Assembly (NCBI GenBank): GCA_019090895.1
Contig: JAHRVB010000121.1
Span: 10,513 to 74,512, forward strand
Source: Kangiellaceae bacterium
Lineage (GTDB): Bacteria > Pseudomonadota > Gammaproteobacteria > Enterobacterales > Kangiellaceae
Direction of reading: 5' to 3'
DNA length: 64,000 nucleotides
Part shown: one piece after another, positions 29,063 to 39,416 of the stretch
Layout: each line of letters starts with the position of its first letter
Position numbering within the stretch: position 1 is the first letter of the stretch
Notes under the pieces: model-generated
Seen by the model: the letters and a program-made list of their open reading frames with translations, nothing else
What the model was told of the DNA's origin: nothing
Database searches by the model: none
Translations under genes and position numbers: made by a program

Positions 29063-30352
29063 TCACTTTTTCGGTTTAGCAGAGTACTTTCGATAAAGCC
29101 TTTTATGGCGATTGTCGACATTCACCTCTCGCCCTTCTATGTAGACGGCTTCGACATTATGAGTAAGATGATCAAATAAATCACCACCACTGATCACAAT
29201 ATTGGCTTGTTTTCCTTCAGACAGCGATCCCATTTTATCAGCAACACCTAGTATTTTGGCCGGAGTAAGAGTGATCGACTCTAGCGCTCTATCCGCTGAG
29301 ACTCCGTAAGCGATCGATTGACCTGCGGCGAACGCTAGATTACGTACTGGCCAATTACTTTCGATAGCAAGAGCAAAATTAACCCCTAGCGACTCTAACG
29401 TTGCTGGAGTTGCATAAGCCCTATCCATTGCTTCATCACTGCGCCAAGTTTGCCCCCACGCAGATGTGTATACCACTGGAATGTTGCGAGCCTTTAACAA
29501 ATCTGCCGCTTTGTCAGCATCTCGTCCACCAACAATCACAATGTTGAGTTTTTCAACATCCGCAAAATGAACAGCTTGCTCGATTTGTCGGTAATCATTG
29601 GCATGAATAAATAGTGGGGTTTTTCCACTCATGACAGAGCGCATCGCTTCCCACCTTAAATCAATGGCTTGAGCTTTGTTTTCATCCCGAGCTTTAACGT
29701 AACTCTTAATACTCGCGATAAGCTCTGCAAATTGTTTGCTCGCTTTGGTATTCGCTTCACGTTGTTTTTCTGGGGTACGAGATTCCCACCAAGACTTATT
29801 AAGTCCAGCCGAAGGCCATCTTAAATGCATTGCGGTATTTTCTTTTACCAATGCATTTTCCCAACTCCACCCATCCAATTGCATTAACGACGACTGACCA
29901 TTTAAACCACTTCCACCGGGAGCAATTTGAACGTGAGTAACGCCATTACTTCGAATGGTTGGAATGATTTCCGAATCTGCATTGTATGCAACATGCGCTT
30001 TTACTTCTGGAGTCGCTCTACCGGTTTCGTTGGCATCCCGTGTGGCTCTAACCGCACCAACTTCCACTAAGCCGACGTTGGTTGCTAATCCAATCAATCC
30101 TGGATAAATTTGTTTACCCGTTGCATCGATCACCTCAGCACCTTGTGGAGCAGCCAAATTTTGACCAATCTTGCTAATAAGACCATCCTCTAACAATAAG
30201 TCATAATCTTGCTTAGTGCCGTCGGTAACGGTATGCAGCGTTCCGCCCTTGATTAAAATTGGGTTGGATTGTTTCGCGCCGGGCACGATGTCTGTTGCTA
30301 TCGCACTTAAACTAATACTTGCCAATAATACTAAATTCGCTAATTTTTTCAT
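29063..30352 (-). CDS. Periplasmic amidohydrolase-superfamily protein lacking an obvious HxH metal motif
   Basis: Signal peptide from ATG 30352 (MKKLANLVLLASISLSAIA). TAATG overlap with the upstream gene. PGLIGLATNVG occupies the place of PGxIDxHxH. Confidence 0.65.
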   Translation of the reverse strand: MKKLANLVLLASISLSAIATDIVPGAKQSNPILIKGGTLHTVTDGTKQDYDLLLEDGLISKIGQNLAAPQGAEVIDATGKQIYPGLIGLATNVGLVEVGAVRATRDANETGRATPEVKAHVAYNADSEIIPTIRSNGVTHVQIAPGGSGLNGQSSLMQLDGWSWENALVKENTAMHLRWPSAGLNKSWWESRTPEKQREANTKASKQFAELIASIKSYVKARDENKAQAIDLRWEAMRSVMSGKTPLFIHANDYRQIEQAVHFADVEKLNIVIVGGRDADKAADLLKARNIPVVYTSAWGQTWRSDEAMDRAYATPATLESLGVNFALAIESNWPVRNLAFAAGQSIAYGVSADRALESITLTPAKILGVADKMGSLSEGKQANIVISGGDLFDHLTHNVEAVYIEGREVNVDNRHKRLYRKYSAKPKK

Positions 30353-33300
30353 TATAGCTGCCCTCCATTTTGATTGGACTTCCACTGCCAGAAATCGAAG
30401 TTATCATCACAATGCCACTGTGCCTCATCTTTAAGCAAATAAACCTGCTCAGTTGACTTAGATGGTTTCATCAATTTACTAGCGTCAGTGCCTTTCTTTT
30501 TGCCTTCCGCTTCAGTTAACAGCTTCTGTATTAATTGATTTTTTTCTGCTGCGATCGCTTTTCGAGCTTCAAGATCAGCGCTTCGATTAAAGTAGTTTGT
30601 TCCATCGATCCACGTTTGTTCAACTTTCGAATAAATTGATAAAGGATGGCCACTCCAAATAACGAAATCAGCGTCTTTTCCTTTCTTCAAACTACCCGTA
30701 TATTGATCGATCTTAAGCTGCTTAGCAGGATTAATGGTTACCATATTAAGCGCGTTCTCTTGACTCATACCACAATGTTGAACTGATTTAGCTGCTTCCG
30801 TATTTAAACGACGAATCAAATCTCCGCTGTCCGAATTAACTGACACATTGACACCACGATCCATCATTAAACAAGTATTCATAGGAATCGCATCCAAGAC
30901 TTCAAACTTATACGCCCACCAGTCAGAAAAAGTCGAACCTGATGCGCCATGTTTGGCCATCTCGTCTGCAACTTTATAGCCCTCTAAGATATGGGTAAAC
31001 GTTTGAATTCTGAAATCAAAATCTTCTGCGATATTCATCAAACTAAGTATTTCGGAAGCCACATAAGAGTGTGAATGAACAAAACGTTGTTGGTCCATTA
31101 TTTCTACCAGTGCATCCATTCGATAGTCTTTTCTAGGCGCCGAAGTTAACTTTTTCTTACTTCTCGAAAGTCGTTCATATTTATCCCACGATGCTTGGTA
31201 ATCCTGTGCTCGGGTAAATGCATCACGCACAATAGTTTCTACACCCATTCGAGTTTGCGGATAACGAATGGTAAACTTGTCTCCCCAATTACTTTGCTTT
31301 ACGTTTTCACCTAACGCAAATTTAATCGAACCTGGTGCTCTCTTTTCCATCATTTTTTCTGCAGTAGCACCCCAGCGAAGCTTAATTACCTGCGCTTGCC
31401 CACCAACAGGATTGGCTGAGCCATGAAGCAATTGTGCAGTCGTTGTGCCCCCGGCTAAAGCCCGATAAATATTGATATCGTCAGGATTAACCACATCACC
31501 AATTCGAACTTCAGAAGTTATTGCGTCGCTACCTTCGTTAACGCCTTTACTGATTGCGATATGAGAATGTTCATCAATAATGCCGGCGGTGACATGCTTG
31601 CCTTTACCCTCTATAACTAGGTAACCTTTAGGCGCTTTGAGACCTTTACCAATTTTTGATATTTTCCCTTTCTTCACTAGCAAATCAGCTCCTTCAAGTA
31701 CCCCCTGTTTCTCAGAAGTCCAAATGGTCGCGTTCTTGATAAGAACGTTTTGTTGCTTAGCTTGGTTGGTTAAACCAAATGCTCGATTTGGTGATGTTAC
31801 TTGACTTAAATAGGTAAGTGCTTGCTGTTCAGATGATTCGTCTTTTTCTTTGTTGTCTAATTCAGATTTAGCGGCACTAAACGTTACTTTTTTAGCATTG
31901 GGTTCAAGGTACACTCCCACAAATTTATCATCGATTAATCTTCCACTAAAACGATAAACCCCGGGTAATCCAAGTTCAGCCAGATCAGCCGAAAATAACA
32001 AACTATTGTCTTGGTTAACACTGACTTTAATCGAAGATTTCTTTTCGTCTTTAAGGAGCTTACCCGTGACTTTCGTATCTTTTTTAGTCAGCTCTAAGGT
32101 CAATTCGGCTCCAGAGACGTCAAAAGCATACTTACCCGCAAAAGTTGCCGGCTGAATAGCTGAGAAATTTGTTTCTTTCCCTTGCATCCAAACACTTTTG
32201 ATCATTCCATCATCAAAAATGTTGCCGTCAGTTACCACTATATCAGCAAACATTCCCGTTGCGATTTTACCTGCATTTCTATTAATTCCGGCTAGTTTAG
32301 CGGGAACCGTTGTAAGTGCCGCTAGTGCATCTTTTTCAGATAAACCATGTTTAACTAAAGTGCGAAGTTTAGTCCAGAATTGATCCGGCTTCTTAAGACC
32401 ATGCTGAGTAAAAGCAAATGGGATTTTATTACGGGCTAAAACAGAAGCATTTGTCGGTGCTCTTTCCCAGTGTCTTAACTCACCAAGTGATACATCCAAC
32501 TGAGCCTCATAACTAGTCACATCTGGTTTAGCTGGTAGAGTTAAAGGCAATATGAAAGTTGCATTGGTTTCTTTTATTTCATTAATACGTGCGTATTCAT
32601 GGCCATCTGCGACGAAGCTGGCTGAAATTTCGAATTGATCGAATAATTTATCCGCTCTTAAAGTGGATAGATAATCATCCGCATTAAAAATAAGACCCGA
32701 CTTTTCTATTTCAGAAATAGAATCTAATGTTCGATTATATTCTACCAACTGACCTGTATTAAGATTATCGGTTTTTCCTTTGGCAGATTGGTACCAACTC
32801 GCGTCACTTAGGGTTTGGCGAATTAATGCCATGCTTCCCATCAATGAACTTGGGTATTCTTGTTTTGAAGAACCTTTATCAAACGAACCGAAATGGCTGG
32901 CATGTGAGTTATAAATCAGATCATTTGGCAGTCCGTTCGAAAGTGAAACAGTTACCCCTTGCCCTTGAAAAATACCATCCAATTTTGCGGTTTGTACTGC
33001 GGTATATCCGTTCTTAGTAAAGGCAGTTGCAACTTTTGGGTCTGCTTTAAATTCTTCTACCCAGTCGATTTCAGCATGCACTGCATTATTCCAACTATTT
33101 CCGCCTTTTCGTACACCGGTATATTTGGGCCCATCATTTCGGCTCTTCTTAACTTTTTTCTCTTTAACCGTTGCATAGTTACTGTATGGATCAATAAATC
33201 CGGGGTAAACAATGTGAGACGTCAGGTCAATTTCCGTCGCGCCTGACGGGACCTTTCCGTTCGCTTTTACACTCACGATTCGGCCGTTATCAATAACAAG

Positions 33301-33477
33301 CGTTGCATTTTTGATGGATTTTCCTGGTTCTACAAAAACGGTGGCATGCATTAGCGCAAAATGGTTGGTGCTACGATCATGAAGTCCATAAACATGGCTA
33401 GTTTGATCTGCATAAACACTATTTGCTCCAAGCACAGCCAACGTAGCGGCAAGTGCCGAGTGACTGAGTTTCTTCAT
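30352..33477 (-). CDS. Large periplasmic two-domain amidohydrolase-family protein
   Basis: Signal peptide. The N-terminal half has PGFIDPYSNY (no HxH) and the C-terminal half has the canonical GIIDEHSHIA. Confidence 0.7.
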   Translation of the reverse strand: MKKLSHSALAATLAVLGANSVYADQTSHVYGLHDRSTNHFALMHATVFVEPGKSIKNATLVIDNGRIVSVKANGKVPSGATEIDLTSHIVYPGFIDPYSNYATVKEKKVKKSRNDGPKYTGVRKGGNSWNNAVHAEIDWVEEFKADPKVATAFTKNGYTAVQTAKLDGIFQGQGVTVSLSNGLPNDLIYNSHASHFGSFDKGSSKQEYPSSLMGSMALIRQTLSDASWYQSAKGKTDNLNTGQLVEYNRTLDSISEIEKSGLIFNADDYLSTLRADKLFDQFEISASFVADGHEYARINEIKETNATFILPLTLPAKPDVTSYEAQLDVSLGELRHWERAPTNASVLARNKIPFAFTQHGLKKPDQFWTKLRTLVKHGLSEKDALAALTTVPAKLAGINRNAGKIATGMFADIVVTDGNIFDDGMIKSVWMQGKETNFSAIQPATFAGKYAFDVSGAELTLELTKKDTKVTGKLLKDEKKSSIKVSVNQDNSLLFSADLAELGLPGVYRFSGRLIDDKFVGVYLEPNAKKVTFSAAKSELDNKEKDESSEQQALTYLSQVTSPNRAFGLTNQAKQQNVLIKNATIWTSEKQGVLEGADLLVKKGKISKIGKGLKAPKGYLVIEGKGKHVTAGIIDEHSHIAISKGVNEGSDAITSEVRIGDVVNPDDINIYRALAGGTTTAQLLHGSANPVGGQAQVIKLRWGATAEKMMEKRAPGSIKFALGENVKQSNWGDKFTIRYPQTRMGVETIVRDAFTRAQDYQASWDKYERLSRSKKKLTSAPRKDYRMDALVEIMDQQRFVHSHSYVASEILSLMNIAEDFDFRIQTFTHILEGYKVADEMAKHGASGSTFSDWWAYKFEVLDAIPMNTCLMMDRGVNVSVNSDSGDLIRRLNTEAAKSVQHCGMSQENALNMVTINPAKQLKIDQYTGSLKKGKDADFVIWSGHPLSIYSKVEQTWIDGTNYFNRSADLEARKAIAAEKNQLIQKLLTEAEGKKKGTDASKLMKPSKSTEQVYLLKDEAQWHCDDNFDFWQWKSNQNGGQL

Positions 33478-33781
33478 GGAATATTCTCTTTATTGTTTTA
33501 TAGGTTGCTGCTTAGTCTCTCACACTATTGTAGCGGTTGCTAATATAAGGGAATGGTATAACGATCATACTAACTCATTGATATTAAAGGAAGTAATTTG
33601 GGCCGAGGGAACGAAAACACAATTTATTACAAATTCAGACGAGGTGCTCAGACGAACCCTGATTAGAAGATTTTTAACAGCTCCTTCTGAGACTTTGGAA
33701 CGGCTATTTGCAATAATTTATGGCGCATAATTTGATTTTTTGCCCAAATAGTCCCATTCTATTAAATAAGGAAACACAATT

Positions 33782-34339
33782 ATGCTATCGAGAATTTTAC
33801 GATTAAATAAGGCAGGCCAAGCCCTTGAATGGATTGAGATTGAATCCGCTGCGTGCCTTTATGCTAAGAAAAGAATATTGTGGACCTACGGGGAACAATC
33901 AATTCGACTACACGGTGGAATGGCGCGGTTGACAGGAACACAATCCATTCTCGATATCATTTCGGTCATCGCCACAGATGGCAAAATCAACACCAGCGAT
34001 ACTCGAACTCCTCGACTTTGTAATGAATCATTGTTTCGACGTGATTCATTACATTGTATGTATTGCGGCAATCATTTCAATCGTGGGTTGCTAACACGTG
34101 ATCATATTATTCCAAGGGCTCTAGGTGGACGTGACCGCTGGGAAAATTGCATTACCGCTTGTAAAAGCTGCAACAACTTAAAAGGCAGTCGCACACCGGA
34201 GCAAGCCAACATGCCTCTCCTTGCGGTACCTTTTAGACCCAACAAGTCTGAATACCTTGCATTACAAAACCGTAATATATTGGCAGACCAAATGGCGTTT
34301 TTAACTCGGAGTTTTAGTAAGAATATGAAACGGTATTAA
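33782..34339 (+). CDS. HNH endonuclease family protein
   Basis: CMYCGN...TRDHIIPRALGG.DRWENCITACKSCNNLKG is an HNH/Cys-box signature. Confidence 0.8.
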   Translation: MLSRILRLNKAGQALEWIEIESAACLYAKKRILWTYGEQSIRLHGGMARLTGTQSILDIISVIATDGKINTSDTRTPRLCNESLFRRDSLHCMYCGNHFNRGLLTRDHIIPRALGGRDRWENCITACKSCNNLKGSRTPEQANMPLLAVPFRPNKSEYLALQNRNILADQMAFLTRSFSKNMKRY

Positions 34340-34379
34340 ACGATTTTGCTTAAATTATCGTTATCCTGATCACATCGTT

Positions 34380-34616
34380 TTAATCGAGTAGTCTAACAGC
34401 AACTTTCATCCCATCAATGCTCCAATGAGATTTTATGTCGTTGAAAATCACGCGAGAAATCAGCATTTCATCAGAGCCATCTTTGTAGTGAACCAGCATT
34501 TTACAAAAATGATTGTGTTGCTTTTGGAAATCTAAGAAATCAATATTAAGAATGGATTTTTCTTTGTCCAACATTCGTCTTTTCGACCAAGACTTGGTAA
34601 TTATTTCGTATTTCAT
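34380..34616 (-). CDS. Hypothetical 78-aa protein
   Basis: ORF only. No clear RBS and no recognisable motif. Confidence 0.3.
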   Translation of the reverse strand: MKYEIITKSWSKRRMLDKEKSILNIDFLDFQKQHNHFCKMLVHYKDGSDEMLISRVIFNDIKSHWSIDGMKVAVRLLD

Positions 34617-34823
34617 TGGCGCGCATCATACCAGCTATCAAATCGAATCGCGAATATGCTTGTTACAACTGCTTGTTGAACGATCGACTTAGTATTAGCT
34701 CGAGCCAAATAAAGTCTGGAATTAACCGAATGCAGCCTCAACCGAGGCTAACCTTTTTTCAAACTAGATAAAAGTTGTAGAAGGAAAAGTGTAGGAATTC
34801 GCCCACACTTTTCTACTGAACGG

Positions 34824-37745
34824 TTATGGATTAAGTAAAATGACATCGCCAAGGCCAAGCTCATTCAATCGAGCCATTTGAGTTTCTGCATCACCGACTA
34901 CTAAATAAATCATTTTATCGGGATCGATGTATTTTCCAGCCAATGCCTTTAAATCGGCTAGTTCAATCTTCTCCAACTGCTGTGCCCGTTGCTGCATATA
35001 ATTATTAGGCAAACCATACTGACTAATATTAAATAAGTAATTCAATTTAGCATCTGGCGTTTCAAATCGTCTTGCATTGCTCTTGAGAAAAAAGCCCTTC
35101 GTTACTTGCATATCGTTTCGATTATAACTCTCCTGATAATTAGACATAATCTCTTTAATCAATGCAACCGATTCTAAAGTCACATTGCTTCGAACACCAC
35201 TAGAAATCGTAAATTGCCCCGTCAATTCTGAGCCTGAGAAACTTGACCGAACACCATAAGTATACCCCTTTGATTCTCGCAACTCTTGAGTTAACTTGGA
35301 GGCAAAACCACCACCGCCCAAACGATAGTTCATAACCTGAGCAGGGTAATAATCCACGTCAATCGCTTTAAGAGAGGGATTACCAATCCGTATCATCGAT
35401 TGCTTAGCGTCTGGAATATCATAAAAATAAACCGCTGCTTTGTCGGCAACGTGAGCGGGTTTCGGCACCGGCAAAGTTATATTTTTAGCCCCCCATGACT
35501 GAGAAAGCAACTTCAAAGACTGTACTATCTCTGGCTTAGAAACATCCCCGACAACATGTAATTTGGCGAGCGACGGCGAGATAGAATTTTGGTAGTAGTC
35601 TTTTAGATCTTGCAATGTAATTTTTTCAATCGAAGACTCTGTGCCTAAAAGGTTATTCGCTAGAAGATGTCCTTCGCCATAGGTTAATTTCGCGTATTGA
35701 ATATTTGCGACTGATCTCGGCTGCGCCTGGGTCTGTTTTATATCACTGATAACACTTTCTTTTGCCAGTTCAAATTCAATCGTGTCCCACCGTGGTTCCG
35801 TTAACATTTCAGTCATTAGACTCATCATTGGCTGATAGTTCTTCGATAAAGAATTCCCAGAAACACTAATGCTTTGTTTGCTGGCAGAAAAGATAATTTC
35901 AGCACCAATTTGTCGGATCGCTTCTTCCAACTGTTGTGGCGTTTTTGATCGAGTACCTCGATTCATTAACCGAGCAACTAGATTGGCAACACCTATCTTC
36001 TTGGGACTATCAAATAACATTCCACCGGCAATAGCTAATTCGAAATTAACCAAGGGAACCTCGTTATTTTGAATACTCAACACTTCTAGCTGGTTTTCTA
36101 ATCGTAAGACTTCAACTTCAGGTACTTTGATTACAATAGGACTTTCATCGTAGTTAGGCTCGGCAGTTCTATCAAAAGTGGGAGGCGTTTTAATATATTC
36201 AGATTGCTTAGACACATCAAATGATGCCTCAGCACCAACCACGATTTTTTCTTCTGTAATAGCAGCCGCTACAGAGCCTTTAAGCGCTAAATCATTGTGT
36301 CCCTTAGGCACAAAACTGGTAGCAACATAAGGTTTGCTTTTAATATACTGATTATAAACCCGCAGAACATCATCCTTTGTCACTGCGAGAATATTTTTTA
36401 CGTCTTGATTAATAAATCCTGGGTCGCTCTTGTATATCTTGTATTGAGCTAGCTGAAAACCTTTTCCCAAAGCACTAGAAAGCCCTCGGTAAAATTCGGT
36501 TTCCTGCTCGGCTTTGATGCGTGCTAAATCATTTTCGCTGAAACCTTGGGCTTCAAACTGTAGCAATGCTTTTTGAATCGCATCATAAACGTCGTTAAGA
36601 TTCTTATTTTGAAATGCTCGCACCCGAATGGAAGTTTGCCCCGCCAACTCCGACTCATAACTTCTCATGGATACTCGACTGGTCAATTTAAGATCATCCA
36701 CCAATAATTGATTCATCACTGCTTTTTTTCCGTCACTTAGTAGATTCGTTAGCACATTGAGAGCATAAGAGTCAGCATGATAGAGCGGCACTGTAGGCCA
36801 GCTAAGAGTTAATTGTGGCAAACGAGCGAAGTTATCTTCGTATGAGAGTCGTTTACTTTCTTTTAGTTGAACTGGTCGTTTCTTATTTTGGACGACTTTT
36901 TTACCTGAAGGTATCTCGTCAAAATATTTGTGTACCCACTGTTTCGCTTGTTCTTCATCAAAATCTCCAGAAATAACCAAGCTAACATTATTGGGAACGT
37001 ACCAGCGCTTAAAGAAATCTTTCACATCTTGTAGTGTTGCTCTCTGTAAATCTTCTAACGAACCAATCACTTGCCAGCTGTAAGGGTGCCCTTCCGGATA
37101 TAAATTTTTGTCGATCACATATTGAGTATGACCGTAGGGGTTGTTATCCACTCCTTGACGCTTTTCGTTTTTAACCACCTGCTTTTCTTTGGCTAAAACT
37201 TGCTCTGTCACGGTATTAATAAAAAAACCTAATTTATCCGCTTCTGCCCAAAGTATCTTCTCTAAAGCATTTTTGGGTACTGTTTGAAAATAATTAGTTC
37301 TGTCTCGACTCGTAGAACCATTGGCTCCTGAACCACCAATCCGGGCACTCATTTTATCCAAACCTCCTTTTCCTAAGTTTTCTGATTCAAGAAACAGCAA
37401 ATGTTCAAATAGATGTGCGAACCCCGTACGGCCAGGAAGTTCTCTTGCAGAACCCACATGGGCGGTCAACGCCACGGCAACGACTGGATCGGAACGATCG
37501 ATATGAAATATAACTTCAAGGCCGTTATCGAGCGTTATCGATTGATATTCGATATTCAATTCATTGGATTGTTTAACCGTTTTAGATATTTTTCCTTGTT
37601 GAACATTCGCAACGGATTCAGTGTTAGATTCCACAGCATCTTTATCAGATTTACCGCACCCTGATAACAATAAAGCGCTCACCAATATTGCAACCGAAGT
37701 CTTTTTTAGTTTGAATTTATGTTTCCAACTTGATGTTCGCTTCAT
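34824..37745 (-). CDS. M16 (pitrilysin/insulinase) family zinc peptidase lipoprotein, double-unit
   Basis: HLFEH inverted zinc motif (GFAHLFEHLLF), about 970 aa with two M16 halves, and an LLSGC lipobox when started at 37745 (alternative start 37763). Confidence 0.85.
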   Translation of the reverse strand: MKRTSSWKHKFKLKKTSVAILVSALLLSGCGKSDKDAVESNTESVANVQQGKISKTVKQSNELNIEYQSITLDNGLEVIFHIDRSDPVVAVALTAHVGSARELPGRTGFAHLFEHLLFLESENLGKGGLDKMSARIGGSGANGSTSRDRTNYFQTVPKNALEKILWAEADKLGFFINTVTEQVLAKEKQVVKNEKRQGVDNNPYGHTQYVIDKNLYPEGHPYSWQVIGSLEDLQRATLQDVKDFFKRWYVPNNVSLVISGDFDEEQAKQWVHKYFDEIPSGKKVVQNKKRPVQLKESKRLSYEDNFARLPQLTLSWPTVPLYHADSYALNVLTNLLSDGKKAVMNQLLVDDLKLTSRVSMRSYESELAGQTSIRVRAFQNKNLNDVYDAIQKALLQFEAQGFSENDLARIKAEQETEFYRGLSSALGKGFQLAQYKIYKSDPGFINQDVKNILAVTKDDVLRVYNQYIKSKPYVATSFVPKGHNDLALKGSVAAAITEEKIVVGAEASFDVSKQSEYIKTPPTFDRTAEPNYDESPIVIKVPEVEVLRLENQLEVLSIQNNEVPLVNFELAIAGGMLFDSPKKIGVANLVARLMNRGTRSKTPQQLEEAIRQIGAEIIFSASKQSISVSGNSLSKNYQPMMSLMTEMLTEPRWDTIEFELAKESVISDIKQTQAQPRSVANIQYAKLTYGEGHLLANNLLGTESSIEKITLQDLKDYYQNSISPSLAKLHVVGDVSKPEIVQSLKLLSQSWGAKNITLPVPKPAHVADKAAVYFYDIPDAKQSMIRIGNPSLKAIDVDYYPAQVMNYRLGGGGFASKLTQELRESKGYTYGVRSSFSGSELTGQFTISSGVRSNVTLESVALIKEIMSNYQESYNRNDMQVTKGFFLKSNARRFETPDAKLNYLFNISQYGLPNNYMQQRAQQLEKIELADLKALAGKYIDPDKMIYLVVGDAETQMARLNELGLGDVILLNP

Positions 37746-38225
37746 ACTTTCTTTCCCTACCATGCATTCATTTGTTTGAATTTCAAACGAGTCTATTTTC
37801 TATTTATTTTGCATTCTAATCATTCACGTAGATTATTCGTGTTGAATTTCTTCTGGCTGATTTTATTGAGTATCATCACTCATACTGAACTAACTATTCT
37901 GCCATACATCAAAACCTAGCTCCATCAGCTTCTTTGGTATTATTATCGTTTTAGTCTTAGTTTGATTTCTAAATCATCGTAAGATTTTTAATATATTCGA
38001 TCACCAGAACATATCAGATAGTTAGACCGGTCCGAGTAACCCCAAGAATGTTAGTCTCTCTGGCTTTTAACACTGGATCATAAGACGTTCTGCAACAACA
38101 AATACCAATCGTTCATATTGTGAACAGGCAAAATGACTAAAGACCTGTTAATTCGCGCCCTTGCATGTTAAATTTTCATTATCAACCATTGCAACTCTTT
38201 TGAGTACTCGCAGCTAGGAATAGAC

Positions 38226-39278
38226 ATGGCTAATACCTCCGATCGCAGGATCTTAGAAATCCAAAATATCGTCGCGCCGAACGAAGTGCTCGCCGAATAT
38301 CCAATCACCAAACCGATCAATCAGCTTATCACCAAAACTCGAGACAACATTAGCAATATACTCCACCGAAGAGATACGCGCTTATTGGTGGTGGTCGGGC
38401 CTTGTTCAATTCACGATATCGATGCGGCGCAAGAATACGGTCAAAAATTACTCAAATTAAAAACTGAATTGAGCAACCAATTAGAAATTGTAATGCGGGT
38501 CTACTTTGAAAAACCCAGAACAACCGTTGGTTGGAAAGGATTGATCAACGATCCCGATTTAAATGAAAGTTTCGATGTCAGCAAAGGATTACGAATGGCA
38601 CGTCAACTATTGTTAGACCTCAACCAAATGGGGATACCCGCTGGAACAGAGTTTTTGGATATTGTTACCGGCCAGTACTATGCCGATCTAATTAGTTGGG
38701 GGGCTATAGGCGCAAGAACCACTGAAAGTCAAGTGCATAGAGAATTAGCATCAGGATTATCCTGCCCAGTAGGATTCAAAAACGGGACCGATGGCAATAT
38801 TAAAATCGCCGTCGATGCGATTAAGTCTGCGAAAAATCCTCACATTTTTTTATCTCCTACAGAAAAAGGAAAAACAGCCATCTATAAAACCACCGGTAAT
38901 GATGACTCGCATCTAATTTTACGCGGTGGAAAGGAGCCTAACTATCATTCCGAAAGTGTTCAGGACTGTGGAAGAAAATTAATCGATAATAATGTACGCT
39001 GTGGGTTAATGATCGATTTCAGTCACGCCAATAGCCTTAAACAATTTGAGCGACAAGTAAAAGTCGGTGAAGACGTTTGTAGCCAGATAGAAGCCGGTGA
39101 GCAGCATATTGCAGGCGTCATGATAGAAGGTCATTTGGCCGAAGGACGGCAAGATGTCATCAAAGGCGAGACTTTAACTTATGGTCAAAGTATTACTGAT
39201 GCTTGTCTTGGATGGCAAGCGACTGAGAAATTATTGTGCCGACTCGCTGACTCTGTGAAGGTAAAACAAGCAAGGTAA
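38226..39278 (+). CDS. Class I 3-deoxy-7-phosphoheptulonate (DAHP) synthase
   Basis: 350 aa with LLVVVGPCSIHD, KPRTTVGWKGLINDP and IDFSHANS signatures. The isozyme (Phe/Tyr/Trp-sensitive) cannot be told from the sequence alone. Confidence 0.9.
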   Translation: MANTSDRRILEIQNIVAPNEVLAEYPITKPINQLITKTRDNISNILHRRDTRLLVVVGPCSIHDIDAAQEYGQKLLKLKTELSNQLEIVMRVYFEKPRTTVGWKGLINDPDLNESFDVSKGLRMARQLLLDLNQMGIPAGTEFLDIVTGQYYADLISWGAIGARTTESQVHRELASGLSCPVGFKNGTDGNIKIAVDAIKSAKNPHIFLSPTEKGKTAIYKTTGNDDSHLILRGGKEPNYHSESVQDCGRKLIDNNVRCGLMIDFSHANSLKQFERQVKVGEDVCSQIEAGEQHIAGVMIEGHLAEGRQDVIKGETLTYGQSITDACLGWQATEKLLCRLADSVKVKQAR

Positions 39279-39305
39279 TCTTTCTTCGATTTCACTTCCC
39301 TGTAC

Positions 39306-39347
39306 AGTTGCGAGTTGCGAGTTGCGAGTTGCGAGTTGCGAGTTGCG
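39306..39347. repeat. Perfect heptanucleotide tandem repeat AGTTGCG x6 (reverse complement of the AACTCGC family)
   Basis: Read directly from the sequence, between the convergent stops at 39278 and 39417. Confidence 0.95.
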
Positions 39348-39416
39348 ACTATATTCTTTGTTGAGGCTCGCGTGGTGTTAATTCGATAATTATATTAGAA
39401 ATATAATGCGAGATTA

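Noticed and set aside
33476-33730. An 84-aa plus-strand ORF lies between the amidohydrolase and HNH genes.
   Set aside because: It starts inside or adjacent to the divergent gene start, has no recognisable RBS or motif, and has atypical composition.
33782-34616. The HNH endonuclease plus the convergent 78-aa ORF could be a toxin/immunity or anti-phage pair.
   Set aside because: The genes are convergent rather than co-transcribed. No partner domains (methylase, ATPase or similar) or mobile-element signatures are nearby. The HNH protein looks like a stand-alone housekeeping-type family.
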